Shown one piece after another: positions 28,039 through 40,759 of a stretch of DNA of 64,000 bases. A program made the position numbers and the translations under genes. The notes under the pieces were generated by a model, which saw nothing but the letters and a program-made list of their open reading frames with translations, was not told where the DNA came from and did not search any database. The stretch comes from Octopus sinensis (taxonomy: Eukaryota), in assembly GCF_006345805.1 (NCBI RefSeq), contig NC_042999.1, forward strand, positions 16,306,001 to 16,370,000, read 5' to 3'. The number at the start of each line of letters is the position of its first letter. The stretch's first letter is position 1.

Positions 28039-28173
28039 GTATCTATGCATCTATGTATATATATATATGTATCTATGAATGTATATATATATCTATATAT
28101 ATCTCTATATATATATATAATATGTATACATATACATACAACACACACACACACACACACACACACACCACAC

Positions 28174-28219
<46 letters not shown>

Positions 28220-28254
28220 TGTATATATATATGTATAGTTGAAATTTACCGAAA

Positions 28255-28400
28255 AACAAAAGATGAAGACTGATGTATAAACGCCAAGCAGGTGTAATAG
28301 TTTGAGATTCAAGAAAGTGAGAAAGTTCTTTACATTTCGAGCCTACGCTCTTCAACAGAAAGGAACGCGAGGAAATAAAAAGAGAGAGAATAAAAAGAAC
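28255..28400 (-). mobile_element. Short repeat family with an HHR-like motif (other copies ~25830-25930 and ~63300-63480)
   Basis: Minus strand cttt-CTGTTGA-a-gagc gtag gctc-GAAA-tgta-aag at 28328-28362. Confidence 0.5.
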
Positions 28401-28774
28401 TGGCAGTACAATATTAAGGATTCAATTAATAGGCACCAGGGTATGTCGAATTACCTTGTAAACAGCTCTTTTAGTCGAATAAATATATTGGGTACTGGAG
28501 TTCATGCAGTGAAATATATTGGTTATATATACAGATAATTTAACCCTTATGAATATATTAATAGACTATGGGCTAATCCGAAAGTGTAAGTTGTATTGGT
28601 CGTATAGTATTTGGTATACACCAGAATAACCGATGGGTTGGGATTCCAGTGAGGCGTGTTATGAACAAATAAAATAAATAACAAGCAATGGATACGCATC
28701 ACTTCATTACAGCTGTAATGAAATGATGTGTATCCATCATTTGTTGTTTAATTCATTGTTCATATATATATATC

Positions 28775-28812
28775 GCGGCCTTCGGGCTAAAACATTTTTA
28801 AGGATTTAAGGA
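28775..28812 (+). mobile_element. Extremely 5'-truncated LINE 3' tip with a (TTAAGGA)n tail, inside (TA)n
   Basis: cgcggccttcgggctaaaacatttttaaggatttaagga; gcc-TTCG-ggc hairpin. Confidence 0.5.
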
Positions 28813-30230
28813 TATATATATATATATAATTTAAAATTAAAATCAAAATGAGGGTGAAAAAATTGGATATTAATTTAATAATATCAATTTAACACCAGTG
28901 GTTTAGCGCATAAAAAACTGAGATTTAGTAGATATTATTAATACATACATATATTCCATTCATAATATTTAAATAACGTTCGTTCATCACGTGCAAAGGT
29001 TTTATTAAAAAAATATATTCTATTTCTATGATAACGTAATTTTGTAAACGCTATAACAGTTAGACTTTTAAATTCACTTCATAACTTAAAATAGAATAGA
29101 AGGTATGTATTATTTTAGATCTCCTATCTTAATTTTAATTGTATATGTATAAGTTTTTGTATAATATATTCTCCTTATGTTAAACTTGTTTTTATATATT
29201 GATCTATTATCGTACTTTTCTTTGTTATTAGTTATAAATAATTAGACATGCTTTGATAAATAGATAGATTCGTTTTTAATTGGTTTAGGTTACGTTTAAT
29301 AATAGAATAATTCTATATAAGTTATTATTCATATTCATAATTTTGTTTTAGAATGGTGATGGGGTTTTTAATGGTATATTGCCGAGTAGAGAATGTTAAT
29401 GTATGTGTGTGGCTGAATGTATGTATCTACTGAATTTGTTACTCCTCTGTGTTGGTGTGGCGGTGGGAGTGGTGTTGTGTGTGAGTGATTGTGTGTGTGT
29501 GGGTGTGCATTGTTTATGTGTAGAAAAGTTGTTTTCTTTTGAGTGTTTATGTATGTGTGAATGTGTGTGTGTGTGTGTGTTTGTTTGCGTATTTGTGTAT
29601 GTTTGTTGTATGCATGTGGTATTTGGAATATGTGTGTGTGTGTGTGTTTGTTTTAAGTATTTATGTATGGTGTTGTATATATGTGGTATACGGTATTTGG
29701 TAGTTTATTGCTAAGAATGAAATGTTTCTGTTGTTGTGGTTGAGTATTTGCGGATGCTGGATGTGTGGTTGTCATGCAGAGTGAGTGTGTTTATGAATGA
29801 GGGTTGTATGTGTGTGTGTGGGAGTACGAATAAGTAATGTGTTTAAGTATACGGCTACTTTATTAATTTATCATTGCCTAGATGTTTATGTGTATGTATA
29901 GAGATATATATACGGGTGTGTGAGTTAGTGTATGTATTTAGATATGTTTATATATATACTTCGATATATGTGTATGAGCATGTGTGTTTATACATTTTAT
30001 TTTATTTTTGTTTTTTGAAATTAGATTATTCATCTTTAAATATGAGAACTTAAATACTAGGTCTTTATATTCATTGTTTATAGAGGTTAATTTAGTTATT
30101 GATTATATATAGATTATATATAGATATATATATATATCTTTATATTTTCATTGATAAATTTATATTTTTTATAGTTTTAGTCATTTTAAATTTATATCTT
30201 AAAAATATTGATTATTTTTAGATCTGAAAT

Positions 30231-30276
30231 CCACCTGATGAATGTCCTGAGAAGAGACATGAAACAATTGTAGTGG
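30231..30276 (+). ncRNA. Minimal type I hammerhead ribozyme motif with an intact core
   Basis: ccac-CTGATGA-atgtc ctgagaaga gacat-GAAA-caattg-TA-gtgg; stem I ccac/gtgg, stem II atgtc/gacat, palindromic stem III ACAATTGT, GUA cleavage triplet at 30270-30272. Confidence 0.85.
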
Positions 30277-30394
30277 CGAATATAATTTTATTTAATTTAT
30301 ATTAAAATTTTTTTATGTATTGGATTAAGTCTTTCTTTGTTTGATTTGCAAAATAGTGGTTTTGTCTCTAATTAATATTATATATATATTCTTT

Positions 30395-30868
30395 TATTCT
30401 TTTATTCATTTGACTCTGGCCATGCTGAAGCACTGCGTTTAGTTGAACAAATTGACCCCAGCACTTATTCTTTGTAAGCCTAGTACTTAATCTATCAGTT
30501 GCTTTTGCCGAACCGCTAAGTTACAGGGACGTAAACACTCCAATATCGGTTGTCAAGCGATGGTGGGGGGACAAACACAGACACACAAACATACACAAAC
30601 GCATGCACATACATATATATATTCAATGGGCTTCTTTCAGTTTGAGCTTCGCTGTTGCCAGTACCGCCTGACTGGCCCTCATGCCTGTGGCATGCAAAAG
30701 CACCCACTACACTCTCGCAGTGGTTGGCGTTAGGAAGAGCATCAAGCTGTAGAAACTCTGTCAGATCAGATTGGAGCCTGGTACAGCCATCTTGTTCGCC
30801 AGTCCTCAGTCAAATCGGCTAACCCATGCTAGCATAGAAAGCGGACGTTAAACGATGATGATGATGAC
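30395..30868. mobile_element. SINE A (minus, 30395-30643) fused to a family C element (plus, 30645-30868)
   Basis: Abrupt switch after cttctttcagttt. Confidence 0.75.
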
Positions 30869-31018
30869 ATGCACATATATATATATATGCACATACACAT
30901 ATATTGCATATATATATATATATGTGTGTGTGTGTGTATGTGTGAGTGTTCACACATGTACAAATCAATATACATACATCCATCCATCCATCCATCCATC
31001 CATCCATCCATACATACA

Positions 31019-31052
<34 letters not shown>

Positions 31053-31079
31053 CATACATACATGCATGCATGCATACAT

Positions 31080-31110
<31 letters not shown>

Positions 31111-31264
31111 TATATATATTTTTCCCAAAATGGAACCGAACACCTTACTCCATCTTGTCTTCAGATTACCCAGATCTCTATACCACTCAAAAACACCATT
31201 TGTTAGCCTAGTGTATTTGCATTAGCTAAGAACTTAAGAAGTGTTTTGCCCAAATAGATAATAT

Positions 31265-31315
<51 letters not shown>

Positions 31316-31316
31316 A

Positions 31317-32352
31317 CTTCTTTCTAGCAAAACACAGAATATGTTTGCTAAGGCCAGCTTCATCAGCGAGTCGCCTGAATTTAATCGAGGTCTGCAGCGA
31401 TGTGGGACTATGTGTTAAACCCGACTACTAGCAGATCTTAACTTTTCAAATCTCTGCGCAGACGCAAAATTTACACGGGCATGCCGGAAGAATTTTACGA
31501 ATAAATTCATCATGTAGTATGCGAATATAAACAAGAAGGGTAGTAATATTATTTACTACCAGGTGCCCAGCACAAAAGACGAATTAGTCATAAGACAAAA
31601 ATATTATTCATATAGAAAAATATTATTCATGTAGTTATACAATTAGCGCTCCTAAATAAAGATGCCGAGTGCTGGGAACACAAAAAGGATGAATTTATCG
31701 AGAGTGAAAATCAAAAACGTTTTACCGATAACTTTAACAACTCGTACCGCGGTTTCTGCTTCTTTCTAGCAAAACACAGAATATGTTTGCTAGGCCAGCT
31801 TCATCACGAGTTGCCTGAATTTAATCGAGGTCTGCAGCGATGTGGGACTATGTGTTAACCCGACTACTAGCAGATCTTAACTTAATAAATAATATTACTA
31901 CCCTTCTTGTTTATATTCGCATACTACATGATGAATTTATTCGTAAAATTCTTCCCGGCATGTCCGTGTAAATTTTGCGTCTGCGCAGAGATTTGAAAAG
32001 TTAAGATCTGCTAGTAGTCGGGTTTAACACATAGTCCCACATCGCTGCAGACCTCGATTAAATTCAGGCGACTCGCTGATGAAGCTGGCCTTAGCAAACA
32101 TATTCTGTGTTTTGCTAGAAAGAAGCAGAAACCGCGGTACGAGTTGTTAAAGTTATCGGTAAACGTTTTTGATTTTCACTCTCGATAATTCATCCCCTTT
32201 TTGTGTTCCCAGCACTCGGCATCTTTATTTAGGAGCCCTTAATTGTATAACTACATGAATAATATTTTTCTATATGAATAATATTTTTGTCTTATGACTA
32301 ATTCGTCTTTTGTGCTGGGCACCTGGTAGTAAATAATATTACTACCCTTCTT

Positions 32353-32358
<6 letters not shown>
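31317..32358. mobile_element. HHR-bearing ~442-bp monomer in tandem plus inverted arrangement (Penelope-like/retrozyme-like)
   Basis: cttctttctagc at 31317 and 31759; strand switch at ~31884; aatattactacc at 31891 and 32335; (TA)n on both sides. Confidence 0.75.
32070..32145 (+). ncRNA. Type I hammerhead ribozyme motif with an intact core
   Basis: gactcg-CTGATGA-agct...tagcaaa/tttgcta...agca-GAAA-ccgcgg-TA-cgagtt; stem I actcg/cgagt, palindromic stem III ACCGCGGT, GUA triplet at 32137-32139. Confidence 0.85.
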
Positions 32359-32398
<40 letters not shown>

Positions 32399-32413
32399 TA
32401 TATATACATATAC

Positions 32414-32459
<46 letters not shown>

Positions 32460-32999
32460 TATATATATGTTATATACAGTATGTTATTTGCATGAGGAAA
32501 CAGCAAGTGACAGGATTAAGGAAGAGTAAAAGAAAATACGAAAATTCCATAAGACCCAAGAAGAAGGAAGATAGCAAGGGAAAGATAAGTCTTTTCTTAG
32601 AAAATATGTGCAATATCTTATATCAGAAATGCCAATGATTATAGGTTGTGGCTGAGATGGCAGATGAGGGGCTTCAGAGAGACATTTGAAAGGTGGTATA
32701 CACACAATAAATACATACACACACTCATATAAATAAACACATGATGCAGTCCTTCTTTTGTCAATACATAATTTGAGGGTCCTTAATCCAATGTTTGATG
32801 TTGAGCTCGAATTGAAAACATGATAAAATCAACGGGTAACTGGTTAAACGTCTCTTGACTCGTATATTTAACAACAGAAACACATGTGCACACCAATACA
32901 CGAATATACACGTATGCACGTATGCACATACATCTACTTAGGGTATTGAATAGTTAGTTTGCTTGTATATATATATATATATACTCTAACAGCGAATTC

Positions 33000-33076
33000 T
33001 TCATCAGATAATTTTAACTCCTACTTGAAAAAAACTCTTATGAGCCAATCCTTGTAATCCTTCTTATCATCGTCGC

Positions 33077-33161
<85 letters not shown>

Positions 33162-33274
33162 GTCATCGCCATCGTTTTTATCAATCACCATCATCATCAT
33201 CATCGTCATTGCCATCGTTTTTACCAATCACCGTCATCATCGTCATCGTCGTCATCACCATCATCATCATCATC

Positions 33275-33308
<34 letters not shown>

Positions 33309-34046
33309 TCATCGTCATCGCCATCGTTTTTATCAATCACCATCATCATCATCATCGTCATTGCCATCGTTTTTATCAATCACTGTCATCATCGTCATCG
33401 TCGTCATCATCATCATCATCATCATTACCACCACCACCACCACCACCACCATCATCATCGTCTTTATCAATCATCATTGTCAGCATCACCCCTCCCCCAC
33501 CATTGCCACTACCATCATCATGATCCTACTCATCATCTCATCATGTTTTCTTCACCAAAATAAATAAAAATCCCGCATCCTCCTCCTCCTCCTCCTCCTC
33601 CTCCTCCTCATCATCATCATCATCATCACAACCGCCTTCGTATGCTTTCCAATGTTTAAAGACCGAGAAAACAGATTTACCATAATTTCTGGCTGCAGTA
33701 CTGAGAGAAAGCTTCTCCAAACTACTGGTCATATAGCGATCAACTTGCTTTGAGGTTATGCAAGCCTTTTAAGCTCCAAGCCACTTTCATTATTTGAAAT
33801 GTCATGTACAACCGAAAGCCGAGATCAATCAAAAAAGGGGGGCAGAAAAGCTGAGCTACATCTAAATCTTAATCTAATTTTCTTCTGGTTACATTGGTTC
33901 GTCCATCGAGGTGACGATGTATAAATGAACGACAGAAGCAATATTGTAGCTGCTACACATACTACTGAGACAAACATAGACTTAAAAGTGTTAACTTTGG
34001 ACTCCATTTTCAATAATAATTGGCCATAATCACAAGTGATTACCAT
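33000..34046 (-). pseudogene. Decayed gene fragment of a predicted type II membrane protein with (GAT/GAG)n expansions
   Basis: MESKVNTFKSMFVSVVCVAATILLLSFIYTSS (hydrophobic N-terminal helix), stops and frameshifts, then [26 protein letters not shown], an Asp-rich repeat, KDYKDWLIRVFF and LSDEEFA. Confidence 0.55.
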
Positions 34047-34994
34047 TGATCTACTTCAAATTGAATCAGATGTTAAGCAAAATTGCCCCCCCCCCTGTTT
34101 TCTTGCTATCTTGTCCTTCTTTTCTTGGTTGCTGATTGGAATCACGAAGAATGCATTTAAATATCAATGACTAGGTCATCGCAGGTGAACTCTTTAGTAA
34201 TATTTTGTAGTTCACAGAGACTATTGTGCAGTTCTTTGATAAGAAGTCAATAATAAGAAATCTATAATATTATGTATATAGTCGAATATAACTAACAGTA
34301 TTTGTGAATTTGTAAGCAAGCTAAATACTGTATGTGTCACTGTGTTAAAAGAAAAATCCTTAGACCTTATACTCAGCATATAAATATATGATGCTTACAA
34401 TACTGTGTACAATAACAAATATATCATAAAAAGGTCAATATGAAGAGATGGATGTATGACCCTCAATATTCATTAACTAGACGGTATAAACCAGACTGTT
34501 AAGTTGATTGTTAATGGTCTAAAATGCATCAACAGATCTCAGAACAGATAGCATTGATTAACTGACAATTGAAAGGATAATAATGGAACAAGTCAGTAAT
34601 AACATTTTTGTGTTGTATCTTGGGAGGGTCACTGTGTCAATAATAAACATATGCACTGAGGCAAGTGTAAACAAATCGAAATTGCTGACGTGGCCGATGA
34701 CAGTGCTGCCTGATTGGTTCTCGTGCCAGCGGAACGTTAAAAGCATATCTGAACGTGGGGTGTAACCTGTCCACTTATGAGTACCACTCATTCATTGGAC
34801 AATGAACTTTGCGTGCAAAGACCTATTGAGGCAAGTGTAAACGAATCAAAATTGCTGATGTGGCCGATGACAGTGCCGCCTGATTGGCTCTCGTGCCAGT
34901 GGAATGTTAAAAGCACATCCGAGCGTGATCGTTGCCAGGGCCATGGATTGGCTCCCATGCCAGTGACACGTGAAAGGCTAGCCTGCTGCGTTAC

Positions 34995-35405
34995 TTATTT
35001 CTTATTTCTTTATTACCCACAAGGGGCTAAACATTAGAGGGGACAAACAGATTAAGTCGATTACATCGATCCCAGTGCATAACTGGTACTTATTTAATCG
35101 ATCCCGAAAGGATGAAAGGCAAAGTCGACCTCGGCGGAATTTGAACTCAGAACGTAGCAGCAGACGAAATACCTATTTCTTTACTACCCATAAGGGACTA
35201 AACATAGAGTGGACAAACAAGGACAGACAAACGGATAAAGTTAATTACATCGACGCCAGTGCGTAACTGGTACTTAATTTATCGACCTCTAAAGGATGAA
35301 AGGCAAAGTCGACCTCTGCGGAATTTGAACTCAGAACGTAACCGCAGACGAAATACCACTAAGCATTTCGCCCGGCGTGTTAACGTTTCTACCAGCTCGC
35401 TGCCT
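34995..35405 (-). mobile_element. SINE family B dimer
   Basis: Two monomers joined at gaaatacctatttc (~35166); head ccagctcgctgcc. Confidence 0.85.
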
Positions 35406-35444
35406 TTCATTGTAAGGCAGCCTACTGTCTTACATTGGCTTAAA

Positions 35445-36265
35445 AATGATGAAGTAATTTTACTCGATTTTTCATTATTTCAAAAATTAATTGGAACAAA
35501 GGCAGTGTATTTCAGCAGAATATGGCAAAAAAGTGTTAAATTAAAACCTTTAATCAAAATTTCATGTTAATTCATTTTCTAAACACGAGCTTATTGATGA
35601 CAAAATTATTTCGCTAAAATTTTCATTCTTGAATTTCAAAAGAAATATGATGGCAGAAAGGTTAAAATTATCTAAATAAAAAAAACCTTCCATTAAAATT
35701 TTGTTAAGTTATTCCAAATCCAAGCTTATAGTGACAATGTTATTCTGCTAAATTCTTCATTATTTTAAAAATTAATTGAAACACAAGCAGTATATTTTAA
35801 AAGAAATTTACAAACAAAAATGTTAAAGTCATCTAAATAAAATCCTTCCAATAAATTTTATGTAAAGTTCCAACTTTACATCTTAACGACAATATTATTT
35901 TACTAAATTCTTGCTTATTTTAAAAATTAATTGAAACTAAGCCAGTGTATTTAATAAGAAATTTACACACAAAAGTTAAAAGTCTTCTAAATAAAAACTT
36001 TCCAATAAATTTTGTGTCAAGTTATTCCAAATACCAGCTTAATAATGACAATATTATTTTACTAAATTCTTCCTTATTTTAAAAATTAAGTGAAACGAAG
36101 CCAGTGTATTTGAAAAGAAATTTACAAACAAAAGTTTAAAGTCTTCGAAATAATAACCTTCCAATAAATTTTGTGTCAAGTTATTCCAAATACCAACTTA
36201 ATAATCACAATGTTATTTTACTAAATTCTTCCTAATTTTGGAAAATTAATTGACAAAGGCGTATG
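35445..36265. repeat. AT-rich tandem repeat, ~155-160-bp unit, about 5 copies
   Basis: aaaattaattgaaac-like anchors at ~35483, 35768, 35923, 36082 and 36242; an inverted partial copy at ~37440-37515. Confidence 0.8.
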
Positions 36266-36807
36266 TTTCGAGTGAAAAATAGCTTAACAAAAGTGAAAAT
36301 ACTAAAGCCGGGTTTCCTTATTATTCTTAACATTGACAGTAAACAAATACTTATAAAGACAATTGAACTGTATTACGTAATATTTTCCCAGGTATTTGTC
36401 ATGTTAGTAACTGAATCTAATTTGATGGTTTAGAATAATGGTTTAGAACTTCTGAAAAGTCTCTAGTGAGAGAGATAAGCTGATTACCATTAATCACAAT
36501 TTCTTTAAACATTAAGCGAATGTTGCAACAATGTTGTTGAGTAGTGCTAGTTAGCTCTTCTTTGGCAGAAATTTATGGTGACCACTTGGCAGAGGTATAT
36601 ACATTGAGAACATAAAATTTGCTATACTCTGTCTTATTGCGGTTATAACAGAGATTTGATGTAATATATGTGTTGTTACGACGATTGCGATAATTTGACT
36701 TCTTTTGGTTGTGTTATTTAACATCTAGCTTCTTCAAGTATCATAAATAACAGACACGAATGTAGAAGAGTTTTAAATTCACCTTTATAAATCAGTATCT
36801 TTTGTCT

Positions 36808-37432
36808 TTCACCTGTTTCAGTCATTAGACCGTGGCCATGCTGGGGCACCACCATTGAGAATTTCTCGTCGAATGTATCAACCCCTGGACTTATTCTTAT
36901 CTGAAGCCAAGTACTTATTATATCAGTCTCTTTTGCTGAACTGTTATGTTACAGGGATGTAAACACACCAACACTGGTTGTTCAGTGGCAGTGGGAGACA
37001 AATACACACACACGTATGCGCACGCGCACACACATGTATCGAAATCAAATCAAATTCGCAAATTCAATGACTGGCACCCGTGCCAGTGGAGCCAACCACT
37101 CTGGGAGTGTAGTGGGTGCTTTTTCGTTCCACCGGCATGAGGGCCAGTCAGGCAGTACTGGCAATGGCCACGCTCAAATGGTGCTTTCTGTGTGCCACAC
37201 GCACAGGAGCCAGTCCAGCGGCACTGGCAACGACCTCTCTCGAATGTTTTTTTAATGTGCCACCAGCACAAGTGCCAGTAAAGCGACGCAGGTAACGATC
37301 ACGCTCAAATGGTGCTTTTTACGTGCGGCCAGCATGGAAGCCAGTTTATTGCTCTGGCAACGATAACGCTCAGATGGTACTCTTTGCGCTCCACTAGCAC
37401 AGATACCAGTCATCGAATTTGATTTCGATTTC
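36808..37432 (-). mobile_element. SINE A tail (36808-37030) adjoining a family C element (37045-37432)
   Basis: Similarity to the other copies. Confidence 0.7.
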
Positions 37433-37515
37433 TGTGTTTCTTTCAATTAATTTTAGATATAACAAAGAATTTAGTAAAATAACTTAGTTATCAAGCTAGT
37501 GTTAAGAACATAAAT

Positions 37516-38491
37516 TGTACGAATACAAGTTGGGTCACTCTGCCACGAAAGCTCTATGAAACATCAAGCGGTTTTTTGGTAATGATTCTGTCGACATTAG
37601 AACTGTTCAGAGAAGGTTCCAAAGATTTCGTTCAGGAGATGAAAGCCATAAAAATGAATCAAGAGGGAGACCAAAATCAATTATTCGACATGATGAATTG
37701 AATGCTTTGGTTAAATGAAATCCAAGAACAACGGTCTGAAAAATCGGATCAGAGCTCCAGACATCTCCTGTAACTGCTTCTTGATATTTGAAGAAAATTA
37801 GAAAAGTCAAAAAGATGGATAGGTTTTTTCTCCATCAACGTAATGAGTTTCAAAGAAACACGCGGTTTACAGTGCGTTTCATGTTGATTTCTTGTTTGGA
37901 AAGAGAACTATTTTTGTGTTGACTCATTACGTGTGATGAGAAATGGATACTCTTTGATAACAATAAGAGGACAGGACAAAGGTTAGACGCAGGAGAGTCA
38001 CCAAAACACTAACCAAAACCACCATAGCACACCAAAAAGTCGATGGTCACTGTATGGTAGTCAACAAAGGGGGTTATTCATTATTCATTTTTGTGACAAG
38101 GAAAAACTTTGACAGCAACATCCTATTGTCAGGAAATTGATTGTATGCATGAAAAATTAACAAAGAAGCAACCCAGATTAGTGTAAAGAGATGACCCAAT
38201 TTTACTTCATGATAAAGCATGGCCTCACACTTCTCAAGCTGAGGTCCACAAGTTGCAAACCCTGAATAATTAAATTTTGGCTCATCCTGGTATCTCTCCT
38301 ACTGTTTATCATATATTTAAACACTTTGAGTTTGCTATATGCAATAAAACATTCTTAAGTAAAGAAGAGGTAATTGAAGTATTCAAACAGTTTATCAGTG
38401 TAAAAGATGACAGATTCTTTGAAGATGGAATATATGCCTTAGAGGAACGTTGCATGAAGGTTATAAATGAACAAGGATCATATTTCGATTA
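37516..38491 (+). pseudogene. Mariner (DD34D-type) transposase pseudogene
   Basis: LITCDEKWILFDN (37923-37961), MVTVW*STKGVIHY, LLHDKAWPH (38202-38228), decayed HP..SP segment; many stops. Confidence 0.85.
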
Positions 38492-38867
38492 AATAAATAA
38501 ATATTCTAAAACTTAAAATATATATACCTATATATATATAAGAAAATAGAGGGGATCAATAGGTAGTATTTATCAACTTTTAGGCATAATATCATATCAA
38601 TTTATTTATTTATTTATTTACTAAAATGAAAATTACAACAATATACATGCTTGTATAACATATTATGGTTTACATATATAATATAAAGATACCAGTAATT
38701 ACTAAAATATATACCATACAGGAATAGAAATTGGGAAAATATTTTACAGCTGTTTCAGCTAAGAGGCAAAAATACCTCATTCTACCTTTATCACTCCAGT
38801 AGAATGAAGTAATTAGTAGATGAAATTAAGGTACTTGGGTGTTTCTCTAGGCTTCGTCAGAGATCCA

Positions 38868-38900
<33 letters not shown>

Positions 38901-39353
38901 TATATATATATATATATATATACAATGAGCTTCTTTCAGTTTCTGTCTACCAAATCCATTCACAAAGCAATTGTTGGCCTGAGTCTATAGTAGAAGTCAT
39001 TTGCCCAAGGTTCCACACAGTGGGACTGAACCCAGAACCATGTGATTGAGAAGCAAGTTTCTTACCACACAGCCATGCCTGCACCTACATGTTTAGGATT
39101 TGAACTTAATACTTATGAGCAAACAGTTCCATTAATCTTTTTCAGTGAAACCATTCCACTTTGGCAACTCTGATCTTGTAAATGCGAACAATTTAATTGG
39201 TCAAACACGGTTAATTTTGTTAGTTCAGCTGCCTCAGTTCCTTGATACCACATCAACTTTTTCCCTTGGCCTAATTCTATTTGAATCAACAATCAACGGA
39301 AGATATTTTCTTTTTTATCATACATACACCAACAGATTTCTTCAATCTCTCCC

Positions 39354-39437
<84 letters not shown>

Positions 39438-39771
39438 ATATATATACACACGCCTCTACATGATACATACATACATGCATACATATATAAACACACAGAG
39501 ACACACAGATACATATCTATGCATATACATAAACACACACACACATATGCACGAACTCTTACACAGGTCCATGTGTACACAAGCACTTTAACACACAAAC
39601 ACTCACACACATTCATGTATACACATTCACATATACGTACAAAAGCTACACACACATACACACATCTGTACATATACAAACAGCAGGATATAAGCATATC
39701 TGTCTGTCTGTCTATTTATTTATCTGTCTAACTATCTATCTAGCTAAATATTATATATCTCGCTTGCTAGC

Positions 39772-39840
<69 letters not shown>

Positions 39841-39842
39841 TA

Positions 39843-40745
39843 TGAGTCAATGGCAGACAGAAACAAAATGCAACTGAACGAGGGAAAATTTGAGCTGATG
39901 CATTTTGGAAGAAATTCCTCACTAAAACAGCCATACCCTCTTCCTTCAGGGGAACCACTCACAGCCTCTAACAATATCAGAGACCTGGGTGTAATTGTCG
40001 ATGACGATCTCAGTTGGAGTGCATACATCAACAAGAAGGTCGATATAGCTCGTAGGATGAGTTCCTGGATCTTAAGAACTTTCCGGTCCAGAGAACAAGG
40101 TGTCATCATACCACTTTCCTCCTCCTTTGTACGGCCACACCTCGAATACTGCTGCCCACTGTGGTCTCCTCATACAAGACAAAACATCTCGAGGATTGAA
40201 TCACCCCAGAGGGCACTCACTAAACAAATTGAAGGCATGGCTGCTCTCGATTATTGGGACCGCCTTAAAGCCTTGAAACTTTACTCTCTCCAGCGTCGCC
40301 GTGAGCGGTACATCATTTGTACGATGTGGAGAATATACCGCCAACTTTGCCCAAACGACCTCAACATTAGCTTCAAGGTTCATCCAAGACTGGGACCACG
40401 GACCATACGTCCCCTGCCCAATTCAAGATCACATCATACATGTACACTGCAACATAATTTCTTTTCCTTAACAGGCCCTGCCCTATTTAACATTGTCCCG
40501 AAAGAGATCAAAGAGGAACAGGATCCCATCAACTTTAAACGGAGTCTGGATAGATTCCTTCAAGGAATACCAGATAAGCCACCCATAATTGGATACAACT
40601 CACCCAACAAAAACTCACTACTTGAATGGACCATAAACAAAACTTGACTTAAACAGGATTCAAATAATCCTATCAGGTGGTGCTATTAAGTTAGACATGG
40701 CCTGGACCAATCTTTGGTCGAAACATATCTAAGTTCATCTAAGTT
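39843..40745 (+). mobile_element. 5'-truncated CR1-clade LINE: RT C-terminus (ORF 39850-40647) plus 3' UTR with an (ATCTAAGTT)n tail
   Basis: IRDLGVIVDDDLSW, VRPHLEYCCPLWSP, LKLYSLQRRRERY motifs typical of CR1/L2-group ORF2. Confidence 0.9.
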
Positions 40746-40759
40746 TATATATATATATA

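Noticed and set aside
39850-40647. 265-aa ORF as a host gene
   Set aside because: It is the C-terminal part of a CR1-type LINE ORF2, 5'-truncated at (TA)n
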